Counted from the stretch's first letter, positions 16,075-24,271 are shown. The stretch: 34,078 nt of DNA from Eubacteriales bacterium (GCA_045652645.1 JAZRUP010000179.1:1-34078), one strand, 5' to 3'. Numbers and translations are program-made. Notes: generated by a model from the letters alone, not told the origin.

Positions 16075-18312
16075 TTAATACTCATTTAGTATATCCTTGA
16101 TTCTCTCAATTACCTCGTCCGTGCGGAGGCGGTCGGCGGCGTACTGACGGCGAAGCAGGGAATCAGGGATGAAAGTATCGTACTTCTCAAAAAGCGGCAC
16201 CTCTCCCGACGCGACAAGAGCTTCCGTGTCAATTCCATCGCGCTCGATTTTGTCCGCAAGTCCTTTTATGAACTCATAATCTGATGCGTGCTCCATTTTG
16301 AAGGTCATATAACAGCAGCCGTCAAACTCAAGTCCCGTTATTTTATATTTTCCGGCGTTGCCCCCGATATATTTGCGGAGCGTTCTGAACGAGCGCGTTC
16401 CGAGCCACGGGAAAAGACACCATGTATATCCTCCGAGGCATACCATAGAATGCTCAAGCATTCCGCTGTTTCTTGCGGCGTTTCTCGCTTCATCAAGTCG
16501 TCGCATAGCGTTGGGTTTAAGATAAGGATAAACTGTATCCTCCATCAGTACCTGCTTCATTCTGAGGAGTATTTTCGTGTCGATCTCACCGTAGTCGCCC
16601 GGCCACGAGATCTCCATTTTTCCTTCAACTGCTTTGACGTATATAAGCTTGCGCTTTATATCAAGCTCCTCTACCTCCCAAACCTTTCCCGCAAGCGCGA
16701 ACCTGTCACCAACAGGGGGCGGTGTAGTTATAGTTCCTATTTCATCGGAGCCGCAACGTACGGTGAAGTCCTCCGTGTCCTTAAATACGGCGTAAAACTT
16801 AAAGCTTCCGAGTAAACGCTCGCCCGCAAGACCGATAATAAGACCTTTTTCCTCGGTCATTTCGAGAAAATCGTTCTGAACCATAGAAACGATAAGCGTG
16901 CGGAGATCCTCGCGAGTTATCTCGGTAAAAGGAGGCATCGCGAGTATTATCTCGGCAAGGCGCTTCGGTGTCATCTCACCTGAGGCAGCGAGAGTGCTGA
17001 GTATCTGATGGAAAAGCAGGCTGAAGGGCATTTTCTTGCGCTTTGGAGGCTCGATGTAGCGTTCCTCAATATAAAGCTGTATTATGGCTATAGCGCGAAG
17101 TAGCTCCCATGGAATTATCTGAGGCAGAGGAGCATTCGGAAGCGCTTCCTCCTCGCGCATTACCATCATCATCTCTGGCGGGTCTCCCCTACGTCCCGAG
17201 CGTCCGAGTCTTTGCAAAAAGCTTGAAACGGAGCAGGGCGCGCCTATATGTCCTATGCGTTCGAGCTTGCCTATGTCAATACCAAGCTCCATCGTGACCG
17301 TCGCGCAGGTGACAGCGCGTATTTCCTCATCTTTCATTTTAGCCTCGGCTTCCTCCCGCAAAGACGCGGAGAGATTTCCGTGGTGAATGAGGAAAATGTC
17401 GGGCTCTTTTCTTGCCTTCGCTATCTGACGAAGGGTTGCTGTGAGGTATTCCGTTTCCTCTCTTGAATTTGAGAAAATGAGGGCCTTTTTGCTCTTGACG
17501 CAGTCGTACATATATTCATATCCCGCGTCGATCTCGGCGGCAGGTTGCTTCGGCAGCTTGAATTTTATTTCCTCCGTCGCATCCTGAATGGGGTTAAGAT
17601 TTTGAATGTAAAAATGCTCAAGTCCGAGTCGCCAATGAATTTTTTCTACGGGAATCTTCGGGATATCCACCATGGAGGCGTTTCCGCCCGATAGCCAATC
17701 AGCGGCTTTTACGGGATCGCCGAGCGTTGCCGAAAGACCTATTCTTCGCGCGCGTCTGCCTATAAGTCTGTCAATACGGGAGAGCTGACAGATTATCTGA
17801 TTTCCTCTGTCGGATGCCGTGAGCGTATGAATTTCGTCGATTATTATGAAACGAAGGTCTGAGAAAAGTCTTATTATGTCATTTGAGCGGTTAATAAGAA
17901 GACTTTCAAGCGATTCGGGAGTTATTTGAAGTATTCCTTTCGGGTCTTCAAGGAGCTTTTTTTTGTGCGATCGCGCGACGTCTCCGTGCCAATGAGTGAC
18001 CTTGATACCGGTTTCGTCAAGCAGACCGTCGATGCGCAAAAACTGGTCGTTTATGAGGGATTTCAGAGGCGCGATATAGAGAACTCCGACGCTCTGCGGC
18101 ATATCGCGGCAAAGCTCGGCAAGTATCGGAAAAAACGCCGCCTCGGTCTTACCGCTTGCGGTCGATGACGTAAGAAGCAGATCGTTATTCGTTTCGAATA
18201 TCGTTTTTGCCGCCTCTATCTGAACGTCGCGAAGGCTGTCCCACGAGTGACTGTAAATATATTCTCGGATAAAGTCGGGAAATTTCAGAAAAATTCTGTC
18301 GGCTTCTGTCAT
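16075..18312 (-). CDS. sngC: Superfamily-2 DEAH-box helicase, Lhr/BrxHI-like (SngC-like component)
   Basis: 745 aa. Motif I TASGKT (18145-18162), Ia YIAPLKSLINDQ, II IIIDEIH, III LSATLG, V/VI TVTMELGIDIG and FLQRLGRSGRRG. About 340 aa of C-terminal extension follow. AAGGAG SD lies 6 nt upstream of the ATG at 18312. Confidence 0.85.
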   Translation of the reverse strand: MTEADRIFLKFPDFIREYIYSHSWDSLRDVQIEAAKTIFETNNDLLLTSSTASGKTEAAFFPILAELCRDMPQSVGVLYIAPLKSLINDQFLRIDGLLDETGIKVTHWHGDVARSHKKKLLEDPKGILQITPESLESLLINRSNDIIRLFSDLRFIIIDEIHTLTASDRGNQIICQLSRIDRLIGRRARRIGLSATLGDPVKAADWLSGGNASMVDIPKIPVEKIHWRLGLEHFYIQNLNPIQDATEEIKFKLPKQPAAEIDAGYEYMYDCVKSKKALIFSNSREETEYLTATLRQIAKARKEPDIFLIHHGNLSASLREEAEAKMKDEEIRAVTCATVTMELGIDIGKLERIGHIGAPCSVSSFLQRLGRSGRRGDPPEMMMVMREEEALPNAPLPQIIPWELLRAIAIIQLYIEERYIEPPKRKKMPFSLLFHQILSTLAASGEMTPKRLAEIILAMPPFTEITREDLRTLIVSMVQNDFLEMTEEKGLIIGLAGERLLGSFKFYAVFKDTEDFTVRCGSDEIGTITTPPPVGDRFALAGKVWEVEELDIKRKLIYVKAVEGKMEISWPGDYGEIDTKILLRMKQVLMEDTVYPYLKPNAMRRLDEARNAARNSGMLEHSMVCLGGYTWCLFPWLGTRSFRTLRKYIGGNAGKYKITGLEFDGCCYMTFKMEHASDYEFIKGLADKIERDGIDTEALVASGEVPLFEKYDTFIPDSLLRRQYAADRLRTDEVIERIKDILNEY

Positions 18313-18324
18313 ATTGACTCCTTT

Positions 18325-19689
18325 TTATATGTCTATGTCGTTCGGGTCGAAATCCGCCTTTTTCGGCGGCGCTGTCTGTACGGGGACAGGTTCTTCTGTG
18401 TCAGGTTCAGTCTTAAGTGTTACAGCGGTTCCCGCGATGTCGGAAAAACAGACGTTTTCATTCTGCATTAAAATATTAAGCACAGTCATATAATCACGTA
18501 TCATCTCACGCGGGGTTATCATAGCGTCGGCTCCAGCCCTGGACAGACAAATTTTAAGAAATTCGACCATCTCCTCCTGCGAGATACGCGGTGTCCAAGA
18601 ATAATTTTGACCATGGAGCTTCGTAATTCTTACGATAAGCGCGAAAAGCTCATCATCGGTAAGACGTCGGAGTCTTATAACAGGACCTATGAGGTTTTTG
18701 AACCCTTCTGCTTCAAAACGACTGTCGCAAAGTCTTGAGCGCAGTGCTTCATAGCCGAAAAGTCCCCGTCTTGTGTCCTCTAAGAATTGCGGAGTTCCGC
18801 CGAAGATTATCTCAAGTCCCGGAGCGCGTCCTTGAAGGGTGTCGTTGAACATTGAAAGTATTTTTTCGTAATTGTTTTCGCGGCTGACTCGGTGAGTTAT
18901 TTTGTAGAGATTCACGCACTCATCAATAAACACGACGAGTCCGCGGTATCCCATACGCTTAACGAGAGTTGCCCAAAGTTTCAGAAAATCGTACCAGTTT
19001 TCGTCGTCGATAATGACTGAAACAGAGAAGCCGAGGTCGCGTCTCGCCTCTGTCTTGGTTGAAAACTCTCCGCGAAGCCAACGGATACAGGCGCTCTTCT
19101 TTTCTTCGTCGCCACTCGTGTAAGCTGAATAATATTCGGATATAACTCGGGCGAAATCAAAGCCTCCTACAAGATCCTCGACCTCTCGAATCTCCCCGTA
19201 AATGCGAGAATTAAGCTCATGGATAAATGCTTCGCTTTCGGGCTCGTAACCCTGTCCCGCTATCTTTGATTGAATATCACTTATCCAACGCGCGATTATT
19301 TTAGGCAGCGCGCCTCCGTCGGGAGAGGCTTTTGACGCGAGATTTTTCATAAGCTCACGATAAGTTGCGACTCCGCTTCCTCCCGTACCGTAAAGTCTTC
19401 TCTCAGGAGAGAGATCAGCATCGGCGGTTATAAATCCGCGCTCAAGAGCGTAGCCTCGTATGAGCTGGATAAGAAAGCTCTTTCCGCTTCCGTAACGTCC
19501 TATAAGAAAGCGCATAGCTCCGCCGCCGTCGTTGACAAGCTCGAGGTCGGAGAGTATCGCGGATATTTCGTCCGCACGTCCTATCGCTATATATGGCGCG
19601 CCGCTTCTCGGTACAACACCCGCGGAAACGGATGCGAGAAGGGAAGACAGGACACGTTTAGGTATTTTCTTTATATTTTCGTCTGTCAT
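18325..19689 (-). CDS. sngB: DUF2791/BrxD-like P-loop ATPase (SngB-like component)
   Basis: 454 aa. Walker A GRYGSGKS (19477-19500) and Walker B GLVVFIDE. The overall layout resembles BREX-associated ATP-binding proteins. The start overlaps the upstream stop (ATGA at 19686-19689). Confidence 0.8.
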   Translation of the reverse strand: MTDENIKKIPKRVLSSLLASVSAGVVPRSGAPYIAIGRADEISAILSDLELVNDGGGAMRFLIGRYGSGKSFLIQLIRGYALERGFITADADLSPERRLYGTGGSGVATYRELMKNLASKASPDGGALPKIIARWISDIQSKIAGQGYEPESEAFIHELNSRIYGEIREVEDLVGGFDFARVISEYYSAYTSGDEEKKSACIRWLRGEFSTKTEARRDLGFSVSVIIDDENWYDFLKLWATLVKRMGYRGLVVFIDECVNLYKITHRVSRENNYEKILSMFNDTLQGRAPGLEIIFGGTPQFLEDTRRGLFGYEALRSRLCDSRFEAEGFKNLIGPVIRLRRLTDDELFALIVRITKLHGQNYSWTPRISQEEMVEFLKICLSRAGADAMITPREMIRDYMTVLNILMQNENVCFSDIAGTAVTLKTEPDTEEPVPVQTAPPKKADFDPNDIDI

Positions 19690-21323
19690 TTTTCAAAAAT
19701 CTCCCTGTAATCTTCAATTATGGTGTATCCAAAGCCGCAGTCCTCGAGGATAATGTCGCCAAAAACATCCGCGGCGGCATCATTTATTGAGTCGGCAATC
19801 GCATCGGACATCATGGAAAGCTTTTTGGCTATCTCTTTTTGCAACGTAAAGTTTTCGTGCATCGCGGCTTCTATAAATTCGTATTTTTCTTTGAGTATCT
19901 CTTTTAATTGACTTACCTCGTCCGTGTTTTCAACAGAAATATCGGAGCAGCTTTCGATAACTTGAGGCGCTTCATATTCCGGATATCCTGACTCTTTTTC
20001 CTCGAAAGCATCTTCAAGCATCGCTGTAGTGTTCCAAGAGCTTTCCTCGATAAACTCGGCGTTCTTTAGCGAAAACTCCGTTTTCGGAGGCTCGTATAGC
20101 TTGTCGTATTCCTCGAGGGGGCGTTCTTTTTCGGTGCGGGTATGGCGAATTACGGGCAACTCGCGCGAGAAATAGGCGTCAAGCGCCCCGGTTATTTCTT
20201 TTGAAAGACCAAACACGCTGAGTCTTGATTTTACGCCGAGATGCGCTCGTATTTTGTTTTCCGAATATTTTACTATGTCGGCAATAATAAAGCGCAGCTC
20301 GTGAGAGCTTGAAAACGAGCAAAACTCGATTTCGATACGGCGTTTGATATCAGAGGCGCAAAGCGCGCCGGGATATGCATCGCGGGTTATAAAATTGTTT
20401 TCAAGAGTCGCGCCCGTGATGAGCTTCGTTCCGTCACTTGAGATATTAATGGAGTGAGAAAGCGCGCCCGTTATATGCTTGTCGTAAACTTGAATAGCAT
20501 CGCCGACTGCAAATTTACTCTTTTTATAGTCGTAAGCCGAGCAGTAACGTATAAGCAGTTTCGCGTAAGAATCCGTTGCTCCAACACCTTTAAAATAAGC
20601 GTAAAACTCTTTTAGGGTAGAAGCGTCAGCCAAGGCAGGATGTGCGTTTGTCGGAGGGGGTAGTTGGTGAAGTATCGAATAATCGCATATCCAATCTCCA
20701 AGAAGACGGTCAAGCTTCGGATAAGACTTCCTGTAGTGCTTGTGTATTTCGCAAAGAAGATCCTGACCTTCCTTGACATCGGAGATATCTCCGAGATTGA
20801 TCGTTTCATATATCAAAAGCAGAATATAGCTGTAATCACATTCTGGAAAGCAGCCGCGCTTGACGGAATCCCTGAAATACAGATACCACGAAAGCTGAGC
20901 GCTGTTTAATTGAACGTATTGAGGAACGTAGGAAAAATACGGAACATGAGGGCAAGGGGGAGCGCTCATATTTTTGTATCTTATGGCGTCCTTTTTGAAG
21001 TCCTCATAATAATTATAGCTGTTTTTCCATTTGTATATTTTAACCTTGCTGATGAGAGGCGATACCGGAGAATATTCAAGCTCGGGTTTCTGAGATTCTG
21101 TGGGGGCAACGGGAGCCGCGACTTTGACTAAACCTGTGAGATTAAGCCTTGATTCGCCATTCGGTCTTTCGGTCGCATCTGATATTATATCAACCGCGCT
21201 TACGTCCGGCACGCTCCGTACGTGAGTCGGAAAATTACGCGGCTTTTGTGTTTTAGGTATAAGTTTTTCAATAGCCCAAAAATCGTTTTTCGCGTCGATT
21301 TTTCTGTCTTGCAAACCTCTCAC
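19686..21323 (-). CDS. sngA: TerB-N and TerB-C domain protein (SngA-like component)
   Basis: 545 aa. The central block (PYFSYVPQYVQLNSAQLSWYLYFRDSVKRG...YSYILLLIYETINL) fits the TerB_N pattern. The C-terminal block (KKLSMMSDAIADSINDAAADVFGDIILEDCGFGYTIIEDYREIF) fits TerB_C. There is no ATG near the 5' end, so the start is GTG at 21323 or TTG at 21314. Confidence 0.8.
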   Translation of the reverse strand: MRGLQDRKIDAKNDFWAIEKLIPKTQKPRNFPTHVRSVPDVSAVDIISDATERPNGESRLNLTGLVKVAAPVAPTESQKPELEYSPVSPLISKVKIYKWKNSYNYYEDFKKDAIRYKNMSAPPCPHVPYFSYVPQYVQLNSAQLSWYLYFRDSVKRGCFPECDYSYILLLIYETINLGDISDVKEGQDLLCEIHKHYRKSYPKLDRLLGDWICDYSILHQLPPPTNAHPALADASTLKEFYAYFKGVGATDSYAKLLIRYCSAYDYKKSKFAVGDAIQVYDKHITGALSHSINISSDGTKLITGATLENNFITRDAYPGALCASDIKRRIEIEFCSFSSSHELRFIIADIVKYSENKIRAHLGVKSRLSVFGLSKEITGALDAYFSRELPVIRHTRTEKERPLEEYDKLYEPPKTEFSLKNAEFIEESSWNTTAMLEDAFEEKESGYPEYEAPQVIESCSDISVENTDEVSQLKEILKEKYEFIEAAMHENFTLQKEIAKKLSMMSDAIADSINDAAADVFGDIILEDCGFGYTIIEDYREIFEK

Positions 21324-21346
21324 CCGCCTTTCTTCTGTAAATAAAT

Positions 21347-21375
21347 ATTATATCACAAAAAACTTCATTTGTCAA
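21347..21375 (-). promoter_or_regulatory. Sigma-A-type promoter of the three-gene (Sng-like) operon
   Basis: Reverse strand reads consensus TTGACA (21375-21370), a 17-nt spacer, then TGaTATAAT (extended -10; hexamer 21352-21347), about 20 nt upstream of the start codon. Confidence 0.55.
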
Positions 21376-21437
21376 TCTTTGTAATGCGGTAAATATTATC
21401 GTGTGAATTTGAATTTATAAAGTAAATTCATCATCAA

Positions 21438-21449
21438 AGAAAGGTTTTG
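21438..21449 (+). repeat. Right copy of the 12-nt direct repeat AGAAAGGTTTTG
   Basis: It is identical to 16056-16067 and lies about 60 nt beyond the -35 box of the operon promoter. Confidence 0.4.
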
Positions 21450-21525
21450 CTATGAAATTTACCCATCAAAATACTGTTATTTATGTTATTTATGTGTATT
21501 TGAGGTGAAATGTTTCTTCTTTTCC

Positions 21526-21554
21526 TTGAAAGTATAAAAGAAATATGTTATAAT
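21526..21554 (+). promoter_or_regulatory. Sigma-A-type promoter for the lipoprotein/DUF5685/J-protein operon
   Basis: TTGAAA (21526-21531), a 17-nt spacer, then TGtTATAAT (hexamer 21549-21554). Confidence 0.5.
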
Positions 21555-21587
21555 TATAATAATATGATTTTATTGAGGTATTTTTTG

Positions 21588-22772
21588 ATGAAATTAAGAT
21601 TGACTGTATTACTTCTCTCTGTGTTGATGTTGTTCACCACGGTGCTTTCGTCGTGTGGAACGTATGATGACGGATCTTCGGCAACCACACCGCAGACAAC
21701 AACGACACCTAAGGTCGGTTTTGTTGATCCCAATTATCCTTTAATGGATCTTATGGCAGAGGATCTGACGAAGTATGTAAACATTCCCGATCTTTCTGAT
21801 CTGAAAATAGAATATAGCGTTTACGTTGATGACGAGACCCTTGAAAAGAAGCTTTCCGAGCTTGCTAAAAAGAATTCTTATTATATAGCTGAGCCCTCAA
21901 GAGAAACGCTTGAAGGAGATACGCTATGTGTTAAATACGTAGGAAGAATAGACGGTGTTGCTTTTTCGGGAGGAAGCGCGGAAACCGCTTTTGTTTCTCT
22001 TACCGAAAACAATGGCTATATTGATGGCTTTGCTAAGGATCTTTACGGAATAGCTCCCGGAACTACGGTATATACGACCGTAAAATTTCCCGATGATTAC
22101 GGGGTCAAGGAGGTAAACGGCAAGGAGGCTGTGTTTGAAATTACGGTTAAGGACATTGTCGGAGAGTACGGTTTTACCGATGAAACAATCTCCGAGTACA
22201 GCGCGGGCACATATACTTCTTACGAATCCTTCAAGGAAGAATACAGAAATAATCTTATCGTTGAAAACTTAAAAGCGTACGAGAATGAGATATATGATAT
22301 CGCGCTTGATACTCTTGAAAGCGCCGCTACTGTCATAACTCTTCCAAAAGCTCACGTTGACAGTTATTTTAATATTTATTATAATGACGAGCGTGCTTAT
22401 TATGAAGCGTATGCGGATCAATTCAGGGACACCTACAATATAGCGAGCTTTGAGGCTTATCGCAAATTCTTTGGAATAACCGACGAATGGCTGAAGGGAA
22501 GCGCGGAGGTGTCTGTTGCCGAGGACCTTGTTCTTGTTTCCGCGGCAAAAGCATTGGGACTTGAATTTACGAAGGATGAATACGATGACCTTATAGAGTC
22601 GCTGGCTGAAAATTGGGGATTTGATTCTGTTGAGCTTTTCGTTTCTTATTACGGAAAAGAATATCTTAAGCTTTGCGTGATTAAAGATCAAGCGGTCAAG
22701 GCATTTATAGCTACTGCTACAGTTGATTCGGATTACGACGAATATAAGCATCTTTTAGGCGAGGAAAATTAA
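21588..22772 (+). CDS. Lipoprotein with a trigger-factor-type FKBP PPIase domain and trigger-factor C-terminal-like domain (extracytoplasmic foldase candidate)
   Basis: Start chosen at ATG 21588 (GAGGT 8 nt upstream), giving MKLRLTVLLLSVLMLFTTVLSSC with lipobox LSSC. The PPIase block (EGDTLCVKYVGRIDGVAFSGGSAE...GYIDGFAKDLYGIAPGTTVYTTVKFPDDYGVKEVNGKEAVFEITVKDI) closely follows the trigger-factor PPIase pattern. The track's 21510 start adds a non-signal leader. Confidence 0.8.
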   Translation: MKLRLTVLLLSVLMLFTTVLSSCGTYDDGSSATTPQTTTTPKVGFVDPNYPLMDLMAEDLTKYVNIPDLSDLKIEYSVYVDDETLEKKLSELAKKNSYYIAEPSRETLEGDTLCVKYVGRIDGVAFSGGSAETAFVSLTENNGYIDGFAKDLYGIAPGTTVYTTVKFPDDYGVKEVNGKEAVFEITVKDIVGEYGFTDETISEYSAGTYTSYESFKEEYRNNLIVENLKAYENEIYDIALDTLESAATVITLPKAHVDSYFNIYYNDERAYYEAYADQFRDTYNIASFEAYRKFFGITDEWLKGSAEVSVAEDLVLVSAAKALGLEFTKDEYDDLIESLAENWGFDSVELFVSYYGKEYLKLCVIKDQAVKAFIATATVDSDYDEYKHLLGEEN

Positions 22773-22773
22773 A

Positions 22774-23673
22774 ATGTTCGGATACGTAAGACCGTATATT
22801 CCCGAGCTTCGAGTGAGGGATAACGAATATTTTAGAGCAATATACTGCGGACTTTGCCGCTCTCTCGGGAAATGCACGGGAACGGTGTCCCGTATGACGC
22901 TCAATTACGATTTCGTCTTTGCCGCGTTGCTCAGACTCGCGGCAACGGGAGAAACTACTGAAATTTCTGCTAAACGCTGTATAGCTCATCCAATAAAAAA
23001 GCGTCCAATGGCAACGCCATGCGTAGAACTCGATTTTTGCGCACGCATAGGAATTCTTCTTTCTTTTCATAAAATCACCGATGATATTACCGACGAGCGA
23101 GGATCCAGGCGTTTTCGCGCAAAATTTCTTAAAGCTCTTATGAAGGGAATGAGAAAACGCGCTAAAAAGGAGCTTGTTGAAGGAGATAAAATAATTTCCT
23201 ACGGACTTGCTCTTATGTCAGATATGGAAAAAACCAAGATACCGTCTGTTGATTCGTTTGCTGATGAATTCGGCAAGATAATGAGTGCGCTTTTGTCGAT
23301 AGGACTTAATGGAGCGACGGCAAGAATAATAAAGAAGATCGGATTCCATCTCGGCCGTTGGCTATATATAATAGACGCGGCAGATGATTATTACGATGAC
23401 ATAGAAAAGGGAAGATTCAACCCGTTAGCTATTATGTATGAAGAAAAGCCTCTTGATGAGGCGCAAAAATACAACATTTTCAATGCCTTGTCTGCGGAGC
23501 TTATGGAAATATACTCGGCATTCGAGCTTGTTGATAAAGCTGACGGTCAGGACGAGATATTCAATATAATTGATAACATATTGCGCCTCGGTATGCCACA
23601 CGCGGCAGCGACAGCGCTTGAGCTTGAAAAAGATAATAACGGTAATAAAAAGATAGGAGATAATAATGACTGA
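22774..23673 (+). CDS. Conserved hypothetical protein, DUF5685-like
   Basis: 299 aa. The N-terminus ([36 protein letters not shown]...[11 protein letters not shown]) matches my recollection of the DUF5685 signature. It starts 1 nt after the upstream stop and overlaps the next gene by 8 nt. Confidence 0.65.
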   Translation: MFGYVRPYIPELRVRDNEYFRAIYCGLCRSLGKCTGTVSRMTLNYDFVFAALLRLAATGETTEISAKRCIAHPIKKRPMATPCVELDFCARIGILLSFHKITDDITDERGSRRFRAKFLKALMKGMRKRAKKELVEGDKIISYGLALMSDMEKTKIPSVDSFADEFGKIMSALLSIGLNGATARIIKKIGFHLGRWLYIIDAADDYYDDIEKGRFNPLAIMYEEKPLDEAQKYNIFNALSAELMEIYSAFELVDKADGQDEIFNIIDNILRLGMPHAAATALELEKDNNGNKKIGDNND

Positions 23674-24271
23674 TCCATATAAGGTTCTCGGCGTTTCTAA
23701 AGACGCCTCAGATGACGAGATAAAGAAAGCCTATCGCGAGCTTGCGAGAAAATATCACCCCGACAAGTATCAGGATTCAGATCTTGCCGATCTCGCGAGC
23801 GAGAAAATGAAGGAAGTCAATGCGGCTTACGACCAGATACAGGCAGAACGCGCGAACAAGGGCAACACCAAGGCAAATTACGGCTCAGGCGTTAATAATG
23901 ATAGCGCATCGGGTAAAGACGCTTACAGAAGAGTAAGAAATCTTATAAATAACAGACAGCTTGCCGAGGCGGAATCAATACTTATGGGAATACCTCCTGA
24001 GGACCGCGACGCCGAATGGGATTTCCTTTTTGGAACGGCTCTTATGGCAAGAGGGCATTACATTGATGCGCAGAATTATTACGATCGCGCATGCGCAAGA
24101 GATCCCGGTAATGCGGAATATGCCAACGCAAGAGAAATGTTAAGACGCCATACTGCAAATTATAACGGCGGTTATACTATGTCAAGAAGCTCCTCCTGCG
24201 GTATTTGCGACTGTTGCGCAACGCTTATGTGTATTGACTGTTGTTGCGGTTGCTCGGGAGGCGGTTGTTGA
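23666..24271 (+). CDS. J-domain (DnaJ-like) protein with a TPR-like middle region and a C-terminal cysteine string
   Basis: 201 aa. J domain with HPD ([33 protein letters not shown]). TPR-like segment ([28 protein letters not shown]). Tail [27 protein letters not shown]. Confidence 0.85.
   Translation: MTDPYKVLGVSKDASDDEIKKAYRELARKYHPDKYQDSDLADLASEKMKEVNAAYDQIQAERANKGNTKANYGSGVNNDSASGKDAYRRVRNLINNRQLAEAESILMGIPPEDRDAEWDFLFGTALMARGHYIDAQNYYDRACARDPGNAEYANAREMLRRHTANYNGGYTMSRSSSCGICDCCATLMCIDCCCGCSGGGC

Noticed and set aside
21410-21430. An 8-nt inverted repeat TGAATTTA-N5-TAAATTCA upstream of the Sng-like operon promoter
   Set aside because: It is short, AT-only and located 35-55 nt upstream of the -35 box. 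Chance occurrence in AT-rich intergenic DNA is likely, so it is not called as an operator.
21452-21508. An 18-codon mini-ORF (MKFTHQNTVIYVIYVYLR) with a GAAAGG SD-like element, in the intergenic region between the Sng-like operon and the foldase operon
   Set aside because: It lies upstream of the only good forward promoter (21526-21554), so it is probably not transcribed in that direction. Its SD-like element is simply the right copy of the 12-nt direct repeat. The imperfect tandem gttatttat-gttatttat is AT-rich slippage-type sequence.
16000-21600. Integrase, transposase or tRNA attachment site associated with the defence-like cassette
   Set aside because: No ORF flanking or within the three-gene cassette has recombinase motifs, and no tRNA-like sequence is present. 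Only the 12-nt direct repeat hints at mobility.
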